A stretch of DNA of 33,874 bases, taken from an uncultured Methanosarcinales archaeon. Lineage in GTDB: Archaea > Nanobdellota > Nanobdellia > Woesearchaeales > WAPY01. Location of the stretch: contig CAYLQB010000001.1 in the NCBI GenBank assembly GCA_964385745.1, positions 1-33,874 on the forward strand, given 5' to 3'. The stretch's first letter is position 1; every line of letters starts with the position of its first letter. Both the position numbers and the translations under genes were made by a program. Positions 26,696-33,874 of the stretch are shown here, piece by piece. The notes beneath the pieces were generated by a model. That model searched no databases. It saw only the letters and a list, made by a program, of their open reading frames with translations, and was not told where the DNA came from.

Positions 26696-29563
26696 TTAGT
26701 GTATTATAATAGTTACTTCCGGTGCAGTCATGTAAACGGCAAAATTAATACCATTAATATCTTTATTATCAACCGGCCCGCCGTTTAAGGTAGCATTAAC
26801 AACAAACTCACCTAGAATACCCCTCAAATCTGCGATTTTTTTATCATTATTGTCTGTTTTGTCAAGTGTAAATGTATACCTACAATAATCATTACCACAG
26901 TTAAGTTCATTAAGAGGTTTCAGCAGTACGCCATCTTCACCATTTCGTATTTTCAGATAAATACTGTTTATCTTAACTCCTGGGGTGAAGTCAGCACGAA
27001 CATTATAATGACCCCAAGTAAGCAGAGGAATCTTTGTGTTTGAGTATTTAACAGGGCTAACAGTCAGGTTGATGTACCCCTTCCCAATGCCCTTAACAAG
27101 TAATTGCCTATAAAGTTCATCTTTTCCATCTTCAGATTTACAGTCCAGATTCATAATATAAGTGCAGGGCGTGACATTATAAAAATTAACAAACATAAAA
27201 GATGAAATCCTCCCTGAAGTGTCCGATGTCGGCTCGGAAAGGATAGGTGGGTATATTGTATAAGAACAAGTCGCTCTTTTGGAAAGCTGTACAAAGGCGG
27301 ATAAATTATAAATGTCTGAGGCATTGGAGAATCTAAACAGATAATTAACTATAGACAAGTTCGACCTTGCCAAATAAAACCTTACTGTGTTTAAATTACT
27401 ATGAGTACCGAATTGATCAGTTGTAATATATCTTAAATAATAAACCCCATTATTTGCAAGAGAGAGAACAGGATTTTTGAAGAGATTAATGTTAAAACTC
27501 CTCCTATCTTCTGAAAGGTTAGCAGAAGTATCAGGACAGCACAAACCATCAGAGTCAACACAGTAAGAGGCATTGACTAAACTAATATATTGGGGAGCAC
27601 TATCACTAACCTTAAAGGATAATACAGGATTATTCCCATTGATTACTAAATTGTTATTTAAACAGGTTATGTCAGTAGGTTTGGTATCATTTATACAATT
27701 TTCATAATCAACATTTTCGGTGTTGATGCAATCTGCTTCTGAATCTCCATTCGCATCTTTAACGCATTTATTGTTTATCCAACGACAAACACCCAGACCG
27801 CATGAATCAGTGCTTCTCGCAGGCAGACAAGAGTTTGATGAGTCCCAGCCAGAACCCTCGCAGGCCTGTTCGGTTGAATAATCCTCACATCTTACATGGT
27901 CAGAGCATGCCTCACATCCAGATGATGACATGACACACTTTCCCAACAAACTACAATCAGAGGGCGTGCAGTTCATAAAGAGACCATTACAAACATCACA
28001 ATTACTCTGAGTACTCACTTCAGGATAACATATCCCTTTATTAAGCTCGGTGTTAGTGTCCTTCCAACTGCAGTTAAGCCCACAACTGTTACCTAAACAA
28101 GCATCCTTTGAATCAAGATCATAACAGGTTAATGAATCACAATCTTTACATGCATCCAATATTGTGTTTGAATAATCATAATAACAGAAGTCATTAGTAT
28201 TCAAACAAGTACCTTCATCATAAAATAAACCAAGAGGATTGCCTGAGTTGGCACAGATATTTGGTTTCTTGCAGGTTGTCTTATGATTAGGGAGTTCTAC
28301 ACATACTGCATTATAGTTACTACAATTATATGATACTCCCTCTGAGAGCGGAGCAAATGCCAGGTGATTATCCTCATCGCATGACATTCTCAAATTAGCA
28401 TCCAGGGCATCTTTCTCTTCTCCATTATAACAGAACTCATAATTAGGGAGAACACCTTCACACAGAGGATTACCTGTCATTATTGAAGCAGTTAAGGGCT
28501 CTGACAGAGAACCATCAGAATGAACAATATAAATGGAGTAATTATATCCTGTATCCCACTGGGTAGTTTTATCAACCAGAGAAGTAGCATACGGTGGAAG
28601 CATCTCATTAAAATTTGAGTTTTTTCTTTTTATCATATAACCATTAAAATCATTACACTCGTGAGGTACTGACCATATTAATTTTACAAATGGCTTACCT
28701 CTCAGGGGCTCAGCCGAAAAACCCACATTATCCAGATTACAGGAAATCTCTCCTTCACTCACAAGCGTAAAATTAACTTCTTCTTGTCCATTATCAGTCA
28801 AGGTGATAAAGGTCGAAGAGGGGGCATATTTCATACCCGCTGTTATTTTCATTGCAGTTAATGTGTACCTATCATTAGGTAAATTAATTAATTTATAAAA
28901 GCCATTTTCATCCGATAAGACCGTGTAACTATGCTCATCTGAATATGCAATAACCCTTGAATAAGCAATCGGACTGGACTCCTCATCTTTAATATAACCA
29001 TAAATAACTCCCTCTCCCATTACATTTGGTGGCTGAACAGGTTGTTGCTCATTCTCCACACAAAAACCAGATTCTTGATCACAGAATAAACCCGCTGCTG
29101 TACATAAATCAGTACCACACTCCGAGCAATTAGACACAAGTTCTCCATTGGATTTACAATAATACATTGAATTTTCAATACATCCGACTCCATAATTTTC
29201 TGTGCAGTCATACGAATAATCCTGGGGTATATGCCTACATTCATTAGCATTATTTATCTCCGGATGAAATACACCTTCCATATCATCACACCAAGAATTA
29301 GTTTCGAAATAAGGATGTATAACATTAATATTATCTATTACAAAACAACAACCCTTTTGGGCGTAATACTGTAAAGCGGGGTCATTGCAGTCAGCTTCTA
29401 CATAAAAACCATTGTTACATTCAGCTTCAACCGATGCAGGAGTAACACCCATATTATTATTGTGAACACAACAGCCAGCACTTACTGTTTGGGCGAGAAT
29501 AAGAAACGAGCCAAACACAACAAGGATTAAAAGTATTTCTGAAAAAAGTTTGCTTGTCTTCAT
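26696..29563 (-). CDS. Cysteine-rich secreted protein (955 aa) with a CarboxypepD_reg-like beta-sandwich and an FN3-like domain
   Basis: Start is taken at ATG 29563 (MKTSKLFSEILLILVVFGSFLILAQTVSA-GCC), which has AGAGGTG 6 nt upstream; the ORF-track start at 29596 has none. I count 58 Cys. GVIYGYIKDEESSPIAYSRVIAY...DENGFYKLINLPNDRYTLTA looks like a carboxypeptidase-regulatory-like fold. There is no C-terminal TM helix. Confidence 0.8.
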   Translation of the reverse strand: MKTSKLFSEILLILVVFGSFLILAQTVSAGCCVHNNNMGVTPASVEAECNNGFYVEADCNDPALQYYAQKGCCFVIDNINVIHPYFETNSWCDDMEGVFHPEINNANECRHIPQDYSYDCTENYGVGCIENSMYYCKSNGELVSNCSECGTDLCTAAGLFCDQESGFCVENEQQPVQPPNVMGEGVIYGYIKDEESSPIAYSRVIAYSDEHSYTVLSDENGFYKLINLPNDRYTLTAMKITAGMKYAPSSTFITLTDNGQEEVNFTLVSEGEISCNLDNVGFSAEPLRGKPFVKLIWSVPHECNDFNGYMIKRKNSNFNEMLPPYATSLVDKTTQWDTGYNYSIYIVHSDGSLSEPLTASIMTGNPLCEGVLPNYEFCYNGEEKDALDANLRMSCDEDNHLAFAPLSEGVSYNCSNYNAVCVELPNHKTTCKKPNICANSGNPLGLFYDEGTCLNTNDFCYYDYSNTILDACKDCDSLTCYDLDSKDACLGNSCGLNCSWKDTNTELNKGICYPEVSTQSNCDVCNGLFMNCTPSDCSLLGKCVMSSSGCEACSDHVRCEDYSTEQACEGSGWDSSNSCLPARSTDSCGLGVCRWINNKCVKDANGDSEADCINTENVDYENCINDTKPTDITCLNNNLVINGNNPVLSFKVSDSAPQYISLVNASYCVDSDGLCCPDTSANLSEDRRSFNINLFKNPVLSLANNGVYYLRYITTDQFGTHSNLNTVRFYLARSNLSIVNYLFRFSNASDIYNLSAFVQLSKRATCSYTIYPPILSEPTSDTSGRISSFMFVNFYNVTPCTYIMNLDCKSEDGKDELYRQLLVKGIGKGYINLTVSPVKYSNTKIPLLTWGHYNVRADFTPGVKINSIYLKIRNGEDGVLLKPLNELNCGNDYCRYTFTLDKTDNNDKKIADLRGILGEFVVNATLNGGPVDNKDINGINFAVYMTAPEVTIIIH

Positions 29564-29859
29564 AAACGACACCTCTTTTATGATTAATTCTTTCAATACA
29601 CAAATGGACTAAACTTCAATGCATAACATAAAAATAGGTCAAAACTTGTTATATAACTTATTTTTATGCATCACATTAATTTATACACTAACAAAATATA
29701 TTATTATTTAAATCTTTCTAAATTAGGTAGGAAATAACAGAAGAAATAAGACATAACAGGAGCATAGCAGGAAACAACGAGGAGAGGTAAAGAACTGCCC
29801 AGGAGGACTTTAGGAATAGATTATATTTCTTACTTGCCTTTATTGATTAAAAGACCTCC

Positions 29860-31254
29860 CTATTTACATATTAAATTAGAAGTACAATGACCCATAGCAC
29901 CTGAAGCGAGATTACATGTCTCACCAGGTTGTTTACCTTTATAAGTATCATCGCAGCAGGTCCCGCAACACTCAACACTTATATTTATCTCCTGCCAATC
30001 AGATTCCTTGGAAAGATCATAAACAGAAATTGTGTAGGTAACATTTTTACCTATGAAACTGGCGTTCGGTTTGAAAATATTTGTCTGAATTAAATCATTA
30101 TCCATGTCCTTAATTAATATAAATGTATAATCTTCGTCAGGATCAACAGAGCAGTTTGTAAAATTGATATACTGCATACTGTTATGACATATCGCAGGAT
30201 TAGTTCCAATAGGATTATCAATCCGCTGATAACAATATTTTCCATCACTGTTTTTTTTATTCAGATTCTTTAACACAGGCGGCCTGTTCTGCCTGAGGAA
30301 ATAGAATGTATAAGGACTCCCATCCTTCCACTTAAAAGAGTAATCCTTAACAGCGATAACATCATATAATTTTCCGTCAATAACTTTTTCAACATGAATA
30401 CTGTTAGGATAAGCGTATTCTGCTGTAGTATCACTAATATCAAAACTTGCATCGTTGACATCAGAAATAACTGCCTTGTTTACAACATCATAAATTCTCC
30501 TAAAATCTAACTGAACTTCATATGATTTAGCAGAAATGACTTTGTTGAAAAATTTAACAGGATAATAAATCTTAAAGCCAACTGCCTTTCTATCAAATGA
30601 AACATTAACATAAGGTGCTCCGACAAGGGATAATTCGCCATTGAAGGTTTTATTTAAACTCTTAAGGTCGAAGCAGTTCTCAAAGTCATTAAGGACAAAA
30701 CTCTCTATATCTCTCTTAATTGTAGGATAGGAAGGACCAAGCGGGTGAATCCTACTCTGTTCCAATAGAGGAAGATAAGGATAACCACAAGAACCGAACA
30801 GGGGATAAGAAGGCGGGAGGTCATAAGTACTGGCCAAAATCCAATAACTCATATAAAATCTGGACTTCTTTATTTTAACCTGATTACCAACTAATCTAAT
30901 GCCATTTATGGAAAAATCATCAGGTGTCCTACCTCCCTGTGTTTTGAGTATGTAACCTCCTTGTTCACCGATAAGTTTTAATGATCTCTCTGCAGAATTT
31001 TTAAGGCAATTCTGCATTTGAGTATCAATGGATAACAACCCCTTCTGATAGGAAGAAGAGAGGATACCACTCCTGAGAGTGTTTTTATAATGAGAATAGG
31101 ACAAGAGAAAGAGAACCAAAAAAACAACAAATATAACAACACCCACAACCGCAAATATGAAAATCTGCGATTTCCTGTTTATTAATAAAGTCCTGTTGCT
31201 TTTAACAAGCCCTTTTCTGTTTACTCTCTCCCTCTTAAATCTGCCGAACAACAA
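29860..31254 (-). CDS. Pilin-like N-terminus fused to a ~400-aa extracellular domain ending in a Cys cluster
   Basis: 464-aa ORF. A basic N-terminus is followed by NRKS-QIFIFAVVGVVIFVVFLVLFLL. C-terminus is ECCGTCCDDTYKGKQPGETCNLASGAMGHCTSNLICK. TTG start with AGAGGTG 7 nt upstream. Confidence 0.55.
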   Translation of the reverse strand: MLFGRFKRERVNRKGLVKSNRTLLINRKSQIFIFAVVGVVIFVVFLVLFLLSYSHYKNTLRSGILSSSYQKGLLSIDTQMQNCLKNSAERSLKLIGEQGGYILKTQGGRTPDDFSINGIRLVGNQVKIKKSRFYMSYWILASTYDLPPSYPLFGSCGYPYLPLLEQSRIHPLGPSYPTIKRDIESFVLNDFENCFDLKSLNKTFNGELSLVGAPYVNVSFDRKAVGFKIYYPVKFFNKVISAKSYEVQLDFRRIYDVVNKAVISDVNDASFDISDTTAEYAYPNSIHVEKVIDGKLYDVIAVKDYSFKWKDGSPYTFYFLRQNRPPVLKNLNKKNSDGKYCYQRIDNPIGTNPAICHNSMQYINFTNCSVDPDEDYTFILIKDMDNDLIQTNIFKPNASFIGKNVTYTISVYDLSKESDWQEINISVECCGTCCDDTYKGKQPGETCNLASGAMGHCTSNLICK

Positions 31255-31357
31255 CCAACCACACCTCTTTTTTAAGTTAAATCAACAACAATACAACAAG
31301 TATACAACAATACAAAACAAAGGAATATAAAAAGGTTTTGATAGAACAAACACAAGG

Positions 31358-31364
31358 AAAAAAA
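31358..31364 (-). terminator. Oligo-T tract (T7 on the minus strand) after the partial Cys-rich gene
   Basis: Plus-strand A7 begins 27 nt downstream of the minus-strand stop codon at 31391-31393. Archaeal termination commonly uses oligo-T tracts. Confidence 0.3.
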
Positions 31365-31390
31365 TCTTTCGAGAGTTTTGAGAGACACCT

Positions 31391-33874
31391 CTACCCTGAA
31401 GAAGGTATTGGTTCAATGTCGTAACAACAGCATACTTTACTGGAATCCGGACAGTTCCCAGAACCCCTTTCAGCAAAAATATCCCACTTTTTCCCATTAC
31501 TATTAGTATATGTACCTGACTGACCACAAACAGGTCCCTTACTTTGAGGAGTAACACAAGAACAACCTGCACGACCGGAATGGCCTGTACATGTATCAGA
31601 TGAGGAGGTAGGCGTACAATAACCCTTCGCAGAAGAAGGACAGTCCTTAACACATAGTGTTACCGGACGAACAGGGTTTTGATTATTATCACAATCATAA
31701 ATTAAATGGATAGGAATTATAGGATTTCCCTCACTGTCCTCAGCAGGATTAGCATCACAACAAGTGCATTCCTGCCCAGATGGGCATGTTTCAACTTTAG
31801 AAGGAGCGACACACGCACCATTGGAACATATACCATTCTTACCATCATTCGTAACACAGGAAGTACCATCTGCTTTATTAGAATGCCTACAAGGACCAGT
31901 AACAATAGAATCCTCCTCATCAAGACATTCACCGGACGTTATATCCTTCCTATAACAATGAATCTTCCTCTTACTACTACATGAATCAGTAGTACAAGGA
32001 TTATTATCATTACACTCAGAATCTGAATGGCAAGGACAATCAGGGCAACTCGCAGGGGTTTCACCAGAATCACAACGATTATTATGATTACAAACAGGAG
32101 GAAGATTATTTGAACAAGCACTCATATCAAACTTGCAAGTAGCATGATTACACTTCAAATTACCCCTCTTATAACCTAACTTAACACAAGTCTCACCACC
32201 CAAAACATCCTTACCCTGCACATCGTAATCACAATCCTCACCAGGATCAATAACACCATTACCACACTTACTAACAGGAGGATTATTAACACAACCATTC
32301 TCAGTACAGACCTCATTAGCATTGCAAACCTGACTTGTAAATGAACAAACACCAGCAGCAGAACCTTGCTCATTGCATCGTGCATTGTAAAAACATGTGT
32401 TGACACCATGCACAATCGCTGAATAAGATTGGCAGCAGTCAGTAGCATCACCACAAGGTTGACCACTCTGCGAACATTGACCATTATTCCGTTGTTTCAC
32501 ACACGCACCATTGACTTCTACACAAGAATAACCTGCAGGGGGCGGCACATCAAGACAATTCATACCTGGGTTAAAATCAACACAGTCCTGACCACACCAT
32601 TGACAATTTAAATGGCAATCATGGGGGCAACTCTGATGTGTCTCACCAGAATCACAGACACCATTATTATTACAGAGAGGACCGGGATTAGCTACACATT
32701 GACCATCATAACAGACATGATTACTAGAACAAGCAACCTCATTATTCCAACCAGAACCATCAGCTTTACAAACTTTATAATGAGTGTCATCAACACATTC
32801 TGCACTATTAGCATAACAAACATGGACAGGGCACTCTCCTGATGTCATATCAGAAACTCTCAAAGAACCTGTCAAATCAGACCAATAATTGATTAAAGGA
32901 GCATCAATATCAGGGGTCTTAAAAGCGAGAACATCATAAGCACAAGTCCCTGAACTAGAGCAAGAACCTTCCTGAATCTTATTAATATCATTACACATAT
33001 TAGTTTCAAAGCCATTGTAGGATAACATCATCAAAGAAGTATCTCCAATTCCATTTACAAATCCAATTATTTCTTTGTTTGCTGAATCCTTTTTTAACAT
33101 AAACAATTTATTGAAGCTTTGAATATTATTTAATTTATCCAAATCTGCACTATTTTGGGAACTAAATAGACCTTTCAAAGCATTAAACAAGGCCTCGAAT
33201 GGATTATTAAAGAATGAGACCCCATTAAAATTAATGCCCTGCTTGCTATAAATTATAAGCTGTAAATCAGGATTATACCAAACATCATTATGATGACAAG
33301 CACTCCAACCATTAGAACTCAAAGTATTATCACAATAATCAGCACTCTTATTAAATAAAATTTCAAGGTAATTGAAAGGAGCTACATCTTCAGCTGTGTT
33401 AACCTTCCAGTTTAGAGGAACACCAATGAGAGTTGGACCATTCCCTATTTTTAAAGCACAAAGGGAAGGAACACAATCAATATCAGGGGGAGCATGAGTC
33501 CAGTCAGCACCATTAAGATTGCAAGTGTTATCCTGGGCAATTATATCAGAAGATTGTATTGGTTCATAATTTAGAAAATTGCTTACCTCTCGAATATTAC
33601 CGCAATATAGAGAATAATCAGAACTGTGCTCTTTATTAACAGCAAAACCAAGCATTGACCTCGCTAACTGCTTTGTTCTGGTTGACCAGACACCATTATC
33701 ACAATAATGGTCAAAGACAAAAGTTCCTGAGTTAACACACTTTGGCTTACTACCCTGACCCTTCTTAAACCATTCCTTAACATCAACAACATCGGGCTTA
33801 CCATTTGGGTCTAACAAACATTGGTCTTGACTGGAACAAGAACCTTCAACACCATCCCAAGTGTATTTCTCAAA
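31391..33874 (-). CDS. Very cysteine-rich extracellular protein, N-terminus outside the window (partial, at least 827 aa)
   Basis: The reading frame stays open from the TTG listed at 33817 up to the window edge (FEKYTWDGVEGSCSSQDQCLLDPNG...), so the gene is truncated by the window. I count about 74 Cys in the last 808 aa. Repeated motifs include NNNGVCDSGETHQSCPHDC, NHNNRCDSGETPASCPDC and CGNGVIDPGEDCD. Confidence 0.8.
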   Translation of the reverse strand, partial: FEKYTWDGVEGSCSSQDQCLLDPNGKPDVVDVKEWFKKGQGSKPKCVNSGTFVFDHYCDNGVWSTRTKQLARSMLGFAVNKEHSSDYSLYCGNIREVSNFLNYEPIQSSDIIAQDNTCNLNGADWTHAPPDIDCVPSLCALKIGNGPTLIGVPLNWKVNTAEDVAPFNYLEILFNKSADYCDNTLSSNGWSACHHNDVWYNPDLQLIIYSKQGINFNGVSFFNNPFEALFNALKGLFSSQNSADLDKLNNIQSFNKLFMLKKDSANKEIIGFVNGIGDTSLMMLSYNGFETNMCNDINKIQEGSCSSSGTCAYDVLAFKTPDIDAPLINYWSDLTGSLRVSDMTSGECPVHVCYANSAECVDDTHYKVCKADGSGWNNEVACSSNHVCYDGQCVANPGPLCNNNGVCDSGETHQSCPHDCHLNCQWCGQDCVDFNPGMNCLDVPPPAGYSCVEVNGACVKQRNNGQCSQSGQPCGDATDCCQSYSAIVHGVNTCFYNARCNEQGSAAGVCSFTSQVCNANEVCTENGCVNNPPVSKCGNGVIDPGEDCDYDVQGKDVLGGETCVKLGYKRGNLKCNHATCKFDMSACSNNLPPVCNHNNRCDSGETPASCPDCPCHSDSECNDNNPCTTDSCSSKRKIHCYRKDITSGECLDEEDSIVTGPCRHSNKADGTSCVTNDGKNGICSNGACVAPSKVETCPSGQECTCCDANPAEDSEGNPIIPIHLIYDCDNNQNPVRPVTLCVKDCPSSAKGYCTPTSSSDTCTGHSGRAGCSCVTPQSKGPVCGQSGTYTNSNGKKWDIFAERGSGNCPDSSKVCCCYDIEPIPSSG

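Noticed and set aside
29620-29670. Imperfect inverted repeat TGCATAACATAAAAATAGG...CTTATTTTTATGCA in the 296-nt gap upstream of the 955-aa gene, as a possible operator
   Set aside because: The arms are very AT-rich and need a 4-nt indel to align. Such matches are expected by chance in this composition.
31282-32842. Multiple 60-123-aa ORFs on both strands inside the partial Cys-rich gene
   Set aside because: They are alternative-frame products of a long, clearly coding, repeat-rich gene. Their translations are V/L/I/R/T-rich with no motifs or RBS.
21568-33874. Diversity-generating retroelement targeting the surface proteins
   Set aside because: There is no reverse transcriptase gene in the window. 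I saw no template/variable repeat pair with adenine-specific differences, and the internal repeats are old and divergent at the protein level.

Overview
This is an AT-rich, tightly packed archaeal chromosome fragment. A small-genome DPANN-type archaeon fits best. That is inferred from the archaeal informational genes, a BHB-type tRNA intron, TATA-box promoters and low G+C, not from any database search.

Positions 1-18.9 kb carry housekeeping genes on both strands:
- replication, repair and division: family B DNA polymerase, endonuclease III, an HTH regulator, SepF, SMC and RFC large subunit
- translation and RNA processing: an NMD3-like protein, CCA-adding enzyme, tRNA-Phe(GAA), GlyRS and RNase P protein Rpp21
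- membrane and envelope: a dolichol-kinase-like protein, an apparently frameshifted small export protein, one orphan pilin-like protein, and a GT4 glycosyltransferase next to a PIG-L deacetylase

The tRNA-Phe has an intron inside its T-loop and is followed by a perfect 150-bp tandem repeat.

Positions 18.9-33.9 kb differ. Eight co-directional minus-strand genes each sit behind a strong GGAGGT-type ribosome-binding site. Five encode proteins with class III (type IV prepilin-like) signal peptides. Three encode very large cysteine-rich secreted or membrane-anchored proteins of 1696, 955 and more than 827 aa; the last runs off the window edge. I read this block as a candidate, uncharacterised pilus/adhesin cell-surface attachment system and the most interesting part of the window.

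No CRISPR array, transposase, integrase or rRNA was seen.
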